NCBI RefSeq assembly: GCF_902459465.1
Contig: NC_047080.1
Location: forward strand, 1,860,001 to 1,924,000
Length of the DNA stretch: 64,000 nt
DNA from: Asterias rubens
Taxonomy: Eukaryota
Reading direction: 5' to 3'
The translations under genes and the position numbers were made by a program. Below are positions 10,979-25,900 of this stretch, piece by piece; position 1 is the first letter of the stretch; each line of letters begins with the position of its first letter. The notes below the pieces were generated by a model that saw nothing but the letters and a program-made list of their open reading frames with translations, made no database searches and had not been told where the DNA came from.

Positions 10979-13900
10979 ATGGCGGAAACTCAGACAAGGC
11001 CAGTGAGGGTTGTGCCATCAGGCAAGATTTATCGACAGTTATTTGATGCTGAGGTGAGTGCTAAACATAGGAAATCGTGCATTTTCAATTTATAATTCCT
11101 GGGAAAAAAACCGAAAGTCTAAAAATTTCATGAGGCAACTTAAACTTTCTTTCAAAAAGTAAAACACTGACTGACACTCCCCTACAAAAAAACACAACAA
11201 CAACATAACATACAACACCTGTATGTAGCTTAAAATAGGGCCCTAGGCCTAATTTGATATGTTTTGTTATGCCAATTAAGTTTTTAAAAAGAAAAAAAAA
11301 TCCAAAAACAATATTTTTCATTTTTGTTTAAATTTAATCTGAAAAACAAAACAAAGTGAGCAACATAGAGTGGTTATAAATACACTAAAATAGGCAAAAC
11401 TAGGATGATAAAGTTGTATGAATGTGTTTATGATAATAATTGCTGAAGACAGAGTAATGATTGTTTTTGTTGTCTCGTTGTTAGTGTTTTTACACATCAC
11501 TAATTAGGCCCTATGTTATATCAAAAGTGGATGAAAACTGCTTGTTATCTTGTTTGTTGTAATGTAGGTGCAACTCGTCAACACCTTGGAGAAAACGAAG
11601 AGTGATCTCAAGACAATGGAATTAAAGACAGCATCAATCCCACTGGTCCGAGAAGGTCGTACATCAATGGGGGAGAGCCTACTGACAGATAGACAGATTG
11701 AATGGATCGAGAGCATGCCTAATGACCACAAGACAGAGAACCCAGTATTACTTAAGTAAGAAATTGTTTCAATGATTTTAAAGTTTACCTCACAAATTGT
11801 CATCTTATCTGGGCCTGAATTCATTAAATAAAGTACACAAAAAATTCAGTCAAAACACCATGTCACTTTGTACAACTTGGGACTGGTATCTTACCCATTT
11901 TCGCTCAGCAGAAATTTATAAAAGCAATGTTTATTCTGAAATGTCCGAGTTTTTCATCTATTGCAGAAGGGGAAAGGAAGAGCAGAAAGCTGCAGCTACT
12001 GAGCCTGTTTCTGTTGTTGCAGCCAGGGAGGTCAGGGGGTTAGCTGATTCTGTCGGTAAGTGCCAGTGAGACTGTTTGTCGAGACCATCAAACTAATGGT
12101 CTGGACATCCAAGAAGATAATTACTATTAATTTTTGTTCTCTTTGCCTTCTCCTTTTTCCATAGATATCCGGACCCATTTCCACACAAATTATTTGTTTC
12201 ACTAGTATACCTGTTTATGTGTGTTGTGTTGTCAACTTGGCCAACCTGATGCCTTAAACTTTTAAGATTTTTTAAAAAGAAGTGCCCTTTCCTGAATGAA
12301 AATTGCCCCGCCCTCTCGCAGATAAAATTTCAGGCCTGCATGTACAGCATCAATTTGGTTCATCTTAAGAGCTTGAGATAAATTTAAAAGGATGATCACT
12401 TGGAAGTATGTTATACAAATGAAGAGCAACTGTTTCAAATCAAATTTGTTTATTACTGCAGAAGCTGAGAAGACTGGATCTGATATCATTGAGAGGATAG
12501 CTGAGAGTAGACGGTTAAGACATGAAGCTGCCGTGGAAGATCTCCATCAAGATCTGACTGTCATTGCCAATGTAAGCACAATACGGGAAAGCTCGATTTA
12601 AGAAAGAGGCCAGAATAATACATCCTTCTCCTTTAGCAACTCACACCTGTTATCTTAATGTAATTCCTTTTTCAAACTACTTAATTGGATCATGTACCAA
12701 CCAGAATGCTCAACAACTAAGTTAAATGATCCCATAAATTCAATGTAAAACACACCCACTCATTGAAAAGAAAAGACCACTATCGGTTATCGCTGCTGTG
12801 ACTGGTACCCAAGTAATTTCTTGCTTAGCCAAAAAATTAGATAAGCAGAATTTTCTGTTGAACAGCTTTGTGAAATTCTGCCCTGGCAGTTGTGGAACAT
12901 ATTATTTTGTGCTGATGAGCTGAAGTAAAAATGTATGTTGACAGGGTCAAATCAAAATTTAGGTATATTTTTGACGAATGAGAAAATTGTTATCTTGATT
13001 TACCTTCATGACAGGATCTTGAGCCTAGAATTACTGGTGCAGGAGATAGACTCATTCAGCAACTACAGGAGAATGATAAAGGTAAGAAGAATCAAATAAC
13101 AAAAAATTAGTAACATATTATTCATATGTATTCTATCTTTTTAAATAGAGAAAATTCAGCAATGATCGTTCCATTTACATTTTGTGTAAAAATTTCTCTT
13201 TTTCTGTGGTTCTTTTTCCCCTGCAGACATTGAGAAGATGCTTGCAAGAATTGGTGATGATGATGTAAGTATGAAGCAATTGTCTTCATGAAATGTGAAG
13301 TTTATCATTTAGATTGAAAGGAAAAGAAATTTTATAACACGGTATTCAGTTAATTTAATCTGGTACACTTTACATTTTGTTTAATGAGATACTGCCTAAC
13401 ATCACAATGCCGAATGGCAACTTCAAAGCGAGGGCTACACTTAATTGTTTTGGGCTGTCGACCAAATTAACTGCCACCAGGGGCACGCTGCCACATACTC
13501 CTGGGGCTGAAACAGGGTTACCCCCTTAACAATCCAAAAGGATGTAGGCACGGGTATCATCCACGAGGAGCCTGGCTGGTAAAGCAGAATGCACTAACTT
13601 CCACACAAAGCTATAATGGTAAAGTGCCTTGCTCATGGGCACAAGTGTCATGACCGGGATTCAAACTGGTGCTCTGCTGCTGATAACACCAGAGCTTGGG
13701 TACCGTGAACCAAACTGATAAGCCACGACATGCAACAATGATTTAATTTGTTTGTCCGATTATATATATTTTTTCTCAACCAGGATCTGCGAGACTACAG
13801 TTTGGATGAGTTGAATGAACTCTGGAGTCTGATTGGTACTCAATCAATCAGCAGGAGGGAATGGATTGTGGAGCTCGACAAAACACTCGATGGATTCGAA

Positions 13901-16900
13901 TGTCAAAGACTACAAAGGGTAAGTAATATTCAAAATACTTTGGGAGGGCTAATCATCTTTACTCACAGCTGAGAAGCCGAGTTGGGAAGGACGTAGCCAC
14001 AACGTGTTTGAGCTGCAGGCACAAGGGCGTCTTTGGCAGCCAGCCACATTGACCTATATATGACCACATAGCACAGCCAGAGATAGACAAATTGTTGTGA
14101 GGGGAAGGAAAGTCAAAAGAAAAAAAATAACCTGTAGCATAGGAGAGAACCAATGCACAACTCTACTCTCATTTGGCCCTAGCCGAGAATCAAATCAAGG
14201 GCCAATTTTATAATGAGCTAGGACTGATCTTTACTGTGTATCAATTTGAATTGCTGATGTTACAACATAAGTCACTTTGGTGAGATACTGACAACTCTTC
14301 TTAAGATAAATCTTAGTTTTTTTTGTGAAATCAACCCCAGGACCACAGCGAGAGACGAGTGCTTACATCATGTAAATTTTTATAAATTTGAACCTCTTAA
14401 GCTTGAGCGAAAATCTTGTTTGAAAGAACCCCTAAACATTTATTATATTTTTGTTCAGATTCGAGACGTCTTAAAATCCTACGCTAAAAACATAGAGAAG
14501 ATTGCCTTCTTTATGCCCCCGGACGTCCAACGTCTGATCAGCAAAGAGGGTCAAGTTATCAACCAGACGATCTTGAACAACCGACGAGCGTACGCAGACC
14601 TGTTTACGAGGTTGATGAAGACGGATGTGGAGCGAGATAAGAATCATCATCGTATCTGGGAGACTAGGGTCTCCGATTGGAAGAGACTCAACACGGACGT
14701 CGCCATTGACAAATTCACGTGAGTATTTTTGTTTTTCTGATATCGAGCGCATCATCCATGTGTAGTTGAGACACATCACACAATTGGCTTGTGTACTATG
14801 GACTTAGTCGCCACAGTGTCCTGTTTGTAAAAAGTGCCAGTGGGGCAAGAAAACTACAAAGTTGAAACAAGTGCCTTTTAGTGCTTCCTTCCTTTGACTG
14901 CCTGGATAATATTTATTTGTATAAAATGGCCAACAAAATAAAAAGGATAATAAAAAAAAATGAAAAAAAAAAAAAACTGGGATTGAAACACGATTGTTGC
15001 TGTATGATTTGGTGGACAGGTTGTTTATGCAAAGTGAGGAGGTGAAGAATCCACCGCGGATTGGTTTCCTCTTAGAGGACCTGAAGGCAGAGCAGATGAT
15101 CTTCAATAATACAAGACTGGATCTACTTGACTCCCTCAGGTAAGTTTTTAAGTCTCATGCCTCAAAAGTAAGGCCCCCACCAGTATGGCTACTCATTTCT
15201 TAGTTCCAGCTTTGGCCGAGGCCATTGATCACCATTCCGCTTATTGTGCAAGTGCTGAATTTCTGTGCTAGCTGTGTAAGACTAAAATGCCTGAAAGCAT
15301 TGAGTATGCATGCGGAAAAGCAGACATTCCCTGCTTACGTGTAAAATACGCTTGAAGTAAGCGTGGAATTTGCTTCTTACCTAAGCGCAAACTCTTTGCT
15401 TATGGTAAGCAGAGCCATGAAATTGGGCTGTGGGTGATGAGAAGCAGTTATAGTTAAGTGTTTTGTTCAAGAACACAAGTGTCACAACCAGTATTCAAAC
15501 CAACATGGATTAAACACATATAAGAACTTGTATTTAAGTGCTAGATTTCAAAATGACAATAAAAAGTTACTTCTTGTCAACTTTACAAAAAAAAGTTATT
15601 TTTTCTCTTCTCAAATTTATTTATAAACTCCCTTGTGCTTCTGATTTTCCTTCAGGGAAATGAAGCCACCAGGTTCAACCAAGACTGCTGTGTACCAGTG
15701 GAATAAACAGTTGACCACTACTTGCCAACACCTTGAGCAACTACACATCAAGTACCTAGGAAAGCTACACAAGGAGTATGAGAGAGTGTGCCAGGATTGT
15801 CTGGACCAAGTGGACAAGTACAGGGTAAGAAAACATACCGAAAGATATTTTCATTATTGTTAAGATGATCTTCTGAAGAAGGGAAATTTTAACTGAGCTA
15901 TCGGGTTCTTCATCATGGTAAAAAATGAAACAATTTAGAGCTTTGCTTTCAAGTACATTTTGGCCCAATTTTTGTGCGTGCATTCTCCACGGTACTTGGC
16001 ATTCTAACACATCCAGTTCAGAAAACTCTGCGCTTACACGGTAAGAGAAGATTGGTGATCTGCCAAGGGCAGATTTTGGCGGTAAGCAAAGCGATGAATT
16101 TGGGCACCCATCTAACCATCCACTTATATTATTTCTTGGTGCAGGAGGAGCTTCTTGAGGCGGGAGTGTCCAATGAGGAGAAGGTTCAGGAAGTGATAGA
16201 GGAGAACTTCTTGCCTCAGGTCGGCAACCAACAAAGAATCTTTGAGAATACTCTGGAGACGATAGATGTAAGTACGATCCCACCCCTCTACCTCCAAACG
16301 AAATGACATATCCGAGTAAAAAGTCTTTAAGACGCCTTGCTATGGCCCCTGAATGCTGTAGTCAAACAAGAGGCACGTTGCCACCTACTCCTGGGGCTGA
16401 AACAGGGTTACCCCCTTCAAAGTCTAAGGATTTAAGCATGCGTATCATCCAAGGCAACGTGTTCCTTTAATAGAAATGAGTCCACAGAAATCTACATTTT
16501 ACGCACATTCCTCTGACTCTGTCGTCAATAACTGTTATTTATTGAAAGTAATTTTTGTAACCCACAGAAATCTTTGGAGCAGTTAGCGGAGCACCACGGT
16601 CAGCGGCTGCGCTCGCTGTTCAAATTTGCTCAGGGGGCAGCCCACCTCTGGGATGTCCATGAGATTGGGTTAGCCAAGAAGGAACGAGAACTCCAAGAAA
16701 GACTGGAAGATTGTCGACATGATCATGACAACCAAAACCAGGTAGGAGGGACGTTTTTATTATGTGCACAGGTTTACATGGCACAATTTCATAAAGCCTG
16801 TAAGCATACAACTTGCTTAGCACAGACAAATCTTGCTTAACAGAAACTTGCTAACATAAAAAATTCCATAAGGTTGTTCCAACTGGTGCCTCACACAGTT

Positions 16901-19900
16901 TTTGCTTACATGTAGCAGTATTTGTCTGCTTAACAGCTTTATGACATTGGTCCCAGGTATCAAGATGAGACAAGTTCTCAAAAGCACAATATCTACCCAG
17001 CAAGTAGATGTTCTCTATTTGACGACCCCGTCACATACACATGGTGTTATTGCAATTAACCATTGAGCTAACCATACAAATGCCTAAAAATCTATATACT
17101 TTTCAACAGCTATTGTATCATTTCATCGATGGTTTGAAGGAACTAGACAATAACCTAAAAGCCACTAAATAGCTTGGCTATGGCACTCGGTGGCTTGATT
17201 ACAATTTGTGAATTTTTCTCTGCAGGATATGGAAGCAAACTTGGACATTATCATGGACCGGCTTAGACAAGAAAGTAGTGAAGAAACATTAGAAGATCGA
17301 TTGCAGAAAGCTCTCCTCATGCTGGACAAGATCAAATCAAGGTACACACCAAAGTGTTTGTTTTAAACCCTTCAACCGTTGCTCTGACTGCTTTATGTGT
17401 AGAGCGCCCTCAAACATCCACATGAATGGATGTAAACCTAAATTTATATTGCTTTGCTTAGAATGCTAGTAGGGGAGATGGCATTGCTTTAAATCCAAAC
17501 TGGCCTTTCGTCAGAGGCATAAACAAAAATGCTATATATTGTATCACATTGCAGTCGAGTGGTCTAGGACATCAAACTCTCAGTCACCAGGGTGTGGGTT
17601 CAAATCCCGGTCCAGACACTTGTGTCCTTGAGCGAGACACTATAATCAACTGAAGGGGTAAAGATTGTGGATGTGAATGAGAAAGATGATCAGGGCCCAA
17701 TTTCATAGAGCTGCTAAGCACACAAATTTGCTAAGCGTGAAATGTCTTCCTTTATAAAAACAGGACTACCAACCAAATTTCAATGTGATACTCAACAGCA
17801 AACAACAGCTGAATACCAGTAACAAGCAATAGGCAACGAATAGAAATTTGATTGGTAATCCTGTTTTTATCAAAGAAGAAATTTCATGCTCAGCCGATTT
17901 TTGTGCATGGCAGCTCTATGAAATCTGAAGATGATCTGAGCATACTGATCGAAACGTTGAGTTGTCAACCACCAGATCTTTTAAGAACCAACACTACTCA
18001 AAAGAGATTTACACATGGCGCTATCGTAAACCTTATCCGATTATACTCCTACCTGGCATAGTTTCAAACCCTACTTATGTAATTACTATTTTTGTTTTTA
18101 TACAGTTATGAGAGATTCCACAAAGATCAGATGCGGATTGTCAGAGACTATCCTGACATGGTGAAGGAAGAATTACAGCGCTATGATATGTCTGTCTGTA
18201 TGTTCTACGAAGTCGACAGACTACATCCCACGGTAAGAATGGTATTTGGAAACAAAAAGTTCATTTGAACGTTTGAGGTTGTTGTCCTCCAATCAGGCTG
18301 AGAACCTCTGGTGTTGCAAGCTTGATATCAGATCGTGTATTGAAACAAATAAAATGTTTTAATTTTTTTTTACCCTTACACCAATTTGTGTTAAGCACTG
18401 TATACTTTCCCAAGTCCTGTGAACAAAATCCACAGGCAAATCACTCGTGTGGGATTCGAACCCATGAACTTTGCATTGCTAGATTTGAACTGCCTCTATA
18501 GCCACCTGGGCCCAATTTCATGGCTCTGCTTACCACAGAATTCTGCGCTTACGGAACCCTTGAGGCACACAATTCTATGATACGTAAGCGCAGAATTTCG
18601 CGGTAAGCAGAGCCATGAAACTGGGCCCAGGCTAACTCATTATCTATTCTGGCAATGCAAAGGTTGTGGGTTTGAATTCCACCTGAGTGACTTACCTGTG
18701 TTTTTTTCTTTCTCCAAAGAACTCGGGAAAGTTCTGAATATACAGAGCTATTTACACCTCCTTATAAGGGGTAAAAACACATCATGTTCTTTATCCCCAA
18801 AGCAAAAGTAACATCTATTTTATAAATTGTTGTGGATTTTAGGAACGGTTGCATCAGATTGAGCAGGAGATGAGTGAGGAAGCGAAAGCGAGAGGCAAGA
18901 AAAACCATAAGAAGAAGACGCCAAGGGGCGTGACTCCCGTTGCCGATCTAGCCCTGCCTCCAGAGAGTAGAGTTTCATCATCAAAGTCTGTGACGGTAAG
19001 ATCATTGGGGAGGTTGGGTTCTATCAAACTTTCAGCAAAGCTCTATCCAGTTAAGAGTTTGTCCTCCGTTTGTTTGAAATCACCCCCTGCACCTTCCTCT
19101 TTATTCTCCTTATTCTGCCTAAATTCATTTAAAATCTCCTCCCTGGCTTTATACCCAATTTGCCTGGGTCCAATTTCTTGGCTCTTCTTACCGCCGATTT
19201 CAGCGCTTATGATCACCATTCTTCGCTTACTGTGCATGCGCTGAATTTGTCTATGCTAGCTGTGTAAGCAAAGAATGCCTAGTAGTCTGGAGCGAGCATG
19301 TGCACAAGCAAAGATTCCCTGCTAACCTGAAATACGCTTGATGTTAGCGCAGAATTCCTGGCTTCTGCAAGCACTGATTCTTTGCTCATGGTAAACAGAG
19401 CCATGAATATTTGTACCGGTCATCAAACCTTTTCTTTTGAATTCTCAGCTGTTTGCATTTTCCTCTAAATCATCATTGTGACAAGAGAAAACACACGATT
19501 GTGCTTCACTCTATCAACTCCCCCCCCCCCCCCCAATCTTCACCAACGCTTTCAAAACCCCACCCGTACCCGGTTATCCATCACCCTTGTATATTTGTAC
19601 CCGGTTTTCATTTCACTCATCTACTTGCACTTTCCTCTCATCACTTTCATCTCCACGCACTGCACCCTTCATTCCTGCTACCTACAGATCAGCATTAGTC
19701 AATCTAAGATCAAATGGAGGAAAGCCTTCAAGAGGGTAAGAATATTTTTATTATAGATGTTAAGTTTGCATCGGGGATAAATCCCGATGTGAATTTAACA
19801 TCTACTATATCGTTGCGGTACCAGCTGCTAGAACAAAGGATTTGAACTGCCTCTAGCTACTGAGGAACCTCGGTAGTCTAGCTGGTAAGACGAATGCCAT

Positions 19901-22900
19901 CTGAGTAATATGCCTACGATTTTTTTCACAGGACTCGGGGGGAAAGTACTGAGTACTCAGTGCTAACACACATCAGTAACCAAAAGTAATAAGAACATTT
20001 TTGTTGCGTCCTTCTTATCACTTTCATTTAAGCGTCTTACATACTTCGGAATACAGTCTTTTTGAGTGTGGGGGCAAATTTCATAGACATACTTATTTTA
20101 TTGATGTTTTCCTAATAAGAAAATTATTTGAACAATTAAATATGCACTGTTTTAAAATTTATGGTTTCATTTGCAGAGTTACCCTGGCGACTCATCGTTT
20201 AGCCAGAGCCCTGTTCCCACGGCAGTCAAAGAGGTCCTAGCAACCAATAAGGGGACTACCTTCTACGTTCTGACCATCGCTGGGGAGCATGGGATATCAG
20301 AGGAGGATTCTGGGAAGGGTCCCGACACGACATTCATCACCGAGAGCGGAGTGGAGCCAGAGGCCGTTGTGATGTACTCCACGAATGTTCTGATTCCCCA
20401 CGAATTGTTTGGAGAACTTCGGAGAGTGTGAGTTTAAGAAATATTTGAAAGTTGGCATTTTTTCCGATTAAGTATCTAGAACTAAAGATATGGCCCCAAT
20501 TCATAGAGCTGTTGTAAGCAGAAACAGTAGCTAAGCGCGACAAAATTTTGCTTACTAGAATAAGGTTACCAGGCAAACCACCATGTCACCTGCACAATTT
20601 GTGACTGGTATCATGCTAATTTCTGACAGGGAAAGTCTTTTAACACTTTGGGTTTGTACAAAGAAAGATTGACTTGAGCGGGACTTGAAGCAACAACCTT
20701 CGGCTTAACGTACCGCACTCTACCAACTGAGCTATATACAGCCCTATATTGGCAGTCTCCCTATTAGTCAATATCTGTGTTCAGGAGTGCCAGTCTGAAG
20801 CCAGATATTTTATTTTGTTGTTGTTTGTTTTCTTCTAGAATGCGTATGGAATTCTTGAACCATCTGGAGGCGTGGTCAGTGGAGGCTGTTGAGAGAGCAA
20901 ATAATGTGGTTGCCGCTAAGGTACGTTAGCAAAGAGGCGATATTATTCAAAAACACTAGACTTTCGGACTTGTACGGTCATAAGTTTACTGGCCCGATAC
21001 AGTGTTATTTTCGAGCCTGGAGTATTCCTGACTCCGGGTACATATTAACATCGTTCAATTCCGTTTTCATTTTTTTGACTAGATCGAAGAACTGAACAGT
21101 GAGCTGGACTTGCGCCTTCACTTGCACGGACCGCGCTCTAAGCGAGCCGAACTCGATATCCATCATGTACGAGCAGCCGAGTTAGTCCTCCACCAGGAAC
21201 GTGTGTCGCGCCATTCCAAGGGCATTAACGGCGCCCTCAATGATGTCAAATCGCGTTTTGTTGAGATGCAGCATGAGCATAACCGGCTGGCAGAGAAGTT
21301 CCGCGACGAGATTGACGCCTTGGAAGAGGTTTTTGTCAACGCGAGCAAATCGGCAACGTAAGTCCGTAAATGTTTATTGAATCAGGAAAATTTGCTTAAG
21401 TGTAAGCGTATTTCACAGATTATGCAGCCAGCTGGAGCGTTCACCATGGGTGTGTACTGTGGCTTTATTAAATTTGTGCAGTAAGTACTGGAATGTTAGC
21501 ATGCCTTTTTCATGTGCTTACCGCAGTAGAAGTGCTACGAAATGGAAATCGTACAGTATGCACAAAACCGCAGCTTTATGATATTGGGCCAGTAGTGTCA
21601 ATATTGCATTCCATTTATACATTGTTTCATTTCTATTTTTATAGTCTGGTAGCCCTATCCAACCAAGTAAGCACCAAAGTTGAGACGCACATGGACGTGA
21701 TCCGTACCTCACTGAGGCAATTCAGACAATATCTGGACGACACATTACAGATGTTGAGAGAGTCCAATGCCAGATTCATCAAATCCTTCAAGTAAGTAAA
21801 ACTTTCAGTAAATGGACCAGTGGTTTGAAAACATAACTTCATGAGTTGTGTGAGATGGCGCACTCAAACCGTGCAGAACTAACTCTTTACATGTATTGTG
21901 TGCATTCACCCCTATATCATAACTGCAGGCATGGCAGGCTGGCATAGTTTGTCTATCATTCAAAATAACAGTGGATTGGCTTGAATGGTCTGACAGTAGG
22001 AGGGTTGCCTGTGTACTGTCATGACTGTGTAGAGGTATTCACAAAATGACATCATATTGCAGGTTACCATTCAAAACCAGTGGTTGGAAAGTAGGAGGGT
22101 TGACTGTGAACTGTGAGACACATTTATTACATGATATCATATTGCAGGCTAGCAAAGTTCATCTATTATTCAAAACCAGTGGTTGGAAAGTAGGAGGGTT
22201 GACTGTGAACTGTGAGACACATTTATCACATGATATCATATTGCAGGCTAGCAAAGTTCATCTATTATTCAAAATCAGTGGTCAGACAGTAGGAGGGTTG
22301 ATTGTGAACTGTGAGATGCATATCATACTGCACCCCTTTCATTGATACACCGGTTTCAAAAAGGTTCATAGAGATAACAACATTTGTTACAGAGTTTATG
22401 AAGACAATAAAAGCTATTGTTATTTATTTTCTTCCCTGCAGACTGTTTTCTGATGGGGGTAACTTCTCCCCTGAGGAAGTTGATTCCTATAAGAAGAAAC
22501 TGGAGAAGTTGGCCATTAAGATTGACTCGGCTGAAGGCTTCGTCATGGCCGACTTGGAAGGCATGGAAGCTCGGAGACTAGAACAGGCGTTGGACATTGC
22601 TAATAAGTTCGAGGACAGGTACGTTGGGAAAGTAGTGGGTTAAATCATAAAAGTAGAGCTTGCAGAATGCACAGCTCTGTTGATGTTTGTGTTTGCCGTG
22701 CATGCTCCCTATAACAGCTTTGGACAACTGCTCCGGAGGCTGCAAGAAACTTGGAACCTTTTTATTGTCGTGTTATGCCTGACAAATCCTCAAACCAGAT
22801 ACTTTCCATCTTCCAAAGGTTTTTTTTTTTTATGCAGCTGCTCCATGACCTTTGGAACAATCAATGGGTGCATTCGTATTAGCTTCCCTGGGTCTACCCT

Positions 22901-25900
22901 ACGGTGCTCACTCGGGTGAGCCCTCTGACAAGAGCTCTCGTAGTGACGTCATGCATCTGGGGTCAGCCCCAAAGTGACCCACTCCACAAGCAGGGCACTG
23001 GGGGCTGACCCGGGTGAGCCCCTGGAATTACGTCAAAGCTATTCAAATGCACCAGGGGAAGACCGGGGTCGATCCAGGGAAGCTAAACGAACGCACCCTT
23101 TCTTAGCAAATACGCTCGCCATTTGACTAACTGAATTCAAACTGAACAATGGAAAGTCCAGGGGTGTTGACATTTTTAAATATTTTTTTAAGTGTATATA
23201 CAAAAGCAGGTTCAGCCAATTTGTGGTCGTATGTCCAAAAGCAGTGTGTGTGCATACCTGTCATCCGGTCATAACCGTTTAAATTCGTTGTTGCAAAAAA
23301 ATCCGGATTCAACTCCAATGTCCTGTTTCCCTCTTTGTTTCTTTCCACGTTTTAGATTCAAGCATCATCTCTTTGATCTGACCTTCATTGAGAAGTTGAC
23401 CCGATGGTTGACCAACACCCAGGTCAAGGTCAAAACAGAGGTTGCTGAGAGTAACGGCCAGGCTCAGCGCCTCATGCATCATCTCAACGTACTGGAGAAG
23501 AGGGTAGATGCGTGCGAGAAACCCAACTTAGATAAAGAGGTCAGTCAAATTTATAAATTTTGGTGTGAAAATCTGTTAGTCTTTGAGAAAGTCTGCGTGG
23601 TCATTATTATGGGAAAGCTCCATTAAAGAAATTCTGAGTTTTGCAACGAAAACTTGTCCTTTTAAGTGAGTGGTTATGTTTACAGTGAATTACATCGGTC
23701 ATTCAACTTTATGAATGAGCAGTTAATATGCCTTGGGCTTGGGAATTCTGCGCTTATGATTTCACAGGTTAGCATGGAATTTTTGCTTGTGGGCGTGCAG
23801 ACACCACAGTATTCTAAGAGGCATTCTTCGCTTACACAGATAGTGTAGAAATTCAGTGCTTGCTCTGTTAGCAAAAAATGGTGATTGCAAGCACAGAATT
23901 CAGCGATAGGCACAGCCATAAAATTGGGCTCTGGTCAGTCGGTCGTCTAACCTACCCCCAGGCTTAAACTTCCCAGGGACCCTTGACGCCCCTGGCCCTT
24001 AATTCTGTTGGTCATGGGCCGCAGATTAAGAAACTGGGACGGACACTGACTTTGGAAATTTAACATGGGTGTAACCGACCACTTCACTTTGACTTTATTA
24101 TCACAAAATCATGTTTTTTTAAAAGCCATTTTTAGTCTACCCATGAGTGAAATTTCCTTTTTTTGTAATACCACTCAGCAAATCACACCTCTGCAGCTCC
24201 TAGAGAGCTTAAAGGCGATCTTCGCGGCGTTTGACGACCGGAGCAAATATGTCAACTGTCTACGCCAGCCGGCCATCTTGCTGGACTCCCCTACCAAGAA
24301 ATCTGGTCTCCCGTTCCAGAGTGCAAAGGTGGCCTTCAGTGGAGACGATAAACCACAAACACAACAGACAGCTCAGGGGACAACGGCCCTGACGACATTG
24401 GTTACCCTGACAACGCTGAAGTCTGCCAAGCCGCAAATTGAAGATTCAGCCGTTTCACTCATAAAGAACATTCTGACGTGAGTCTCCCGAAAATAAACAA
24501 AAACTTCATTACTGTGTCTGCTTGATTGTGCTCTCCCCGTCACAAGGCAAAATGGCCACTCATGGTTTGGGGCTGAAGAAATTAAGGGCTGTCACATAAG
24601 GAGCCGAGCAATTTCCTCCATGTTTTAAACAGGTTTTTCCTTCCACTGGGTCTTTAAAGAATATAGTTGCCAGCTGGTGCAGTTACTACTCATGAAAAGT
24701 GGGGCTGGAAAAATGCCTGCGAGGGAAATGAAGTCTTAAGTGTAATTTACTTAGGCCTTGCAGATGAGACTGAAAACAAAAATACTGTTCTTGGTTAAAG
24801 CTGTTTAATCACACAACTCCTGCTTAAATCTGACTCCCCTGACTATGGGCTTATCAATGCATTACTCAAAGAATAGTAGATGTGTACACATTGTTGTTAG
24901 AGCCAGCTCACATCACTGACATAGAGTGTTTTGGCGACCCCAACCAAAAACTGTTTCTGACGTCACAACCAAAACGTTAACCGAGCTCACAACTTGGTTG
25001 TCGTTCAGTCTGAACAGCAGAACCAATGACCAACAACCGAAACAGTTTTTGGTTGGGGTCGCCAAAACGCACTCCTAGCAACACCATTTACAATAATAAT
25101 AATAGTAATAAAATGTTTATCACAGATAGAAACAGAAGCATAAACAAGTAAACAGTCAAAGAATACCCAAAGAACAGGTCAAGTTACTACTCGGTAAAAA
25201 TATTCAACGCCTGAAAATATAAATACTTGAAACAAATTTATATTTATGTTCTACTACCGCGAATTAAGTGCAGTTAATAAGAAGCCTCCTCAATCCACTT
25301 GAGCAAAAGTAGTAGTCCCAGCCGATTTTCTATACCTTCCGCCCGGGTAGTAGTTAAAAGGCAGGACAGTTCTTTTCAGAACGGAGAAATCTCAAGGATT
25401 CCGAAAATCAACATCACTTTAGTGGAACAAAAAGCAAGACATTACCTGGTAAGTAGATATACACATGGTGTTACTGCAAACCAAATTAATACGTCACTAT
25501 GCAATCCTCAAGTCCCATGTAATCAATGTCACCAATTATTAAAATCTGCAGATCTCAAAAGATGAAAGTGAAAATGACCGGGGACGGTGACACACTAGGT
25601 GACGTACCCCTTACCCCTGGGGTGGGGAGACCCCCAGGTACACAGTCCACCATACAGGCAGAGGATGCTAAAAGCAGGAGTCTCGGCAGGGCCCTTCAGG
25701 TCAAGGCAGTGCAGGACAAAGAGAGAATGAAACCCAGGAAGATATCGCAGACTATGGACAGTGGGAATCCGCGGAGGATAGCGTCAGGGTGAGTGTGTCA
25801 GGGATGTGATTTCTCCATTTTTACCAAAAGGTTTTTACCACTCCTCAAAAAAAAATGGATCCTTCCCTGATTCCCTTTCCTCTCTTTTTTCTATAAATGG

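Noticed and set aside
21960-22325. CRISPR-like array (also 52150-52430, 4930-5330, 3955-4102)
   Set aside because: Head-to-tail tandem repeats without unique spacers, no cas genes, eukaryotic context.
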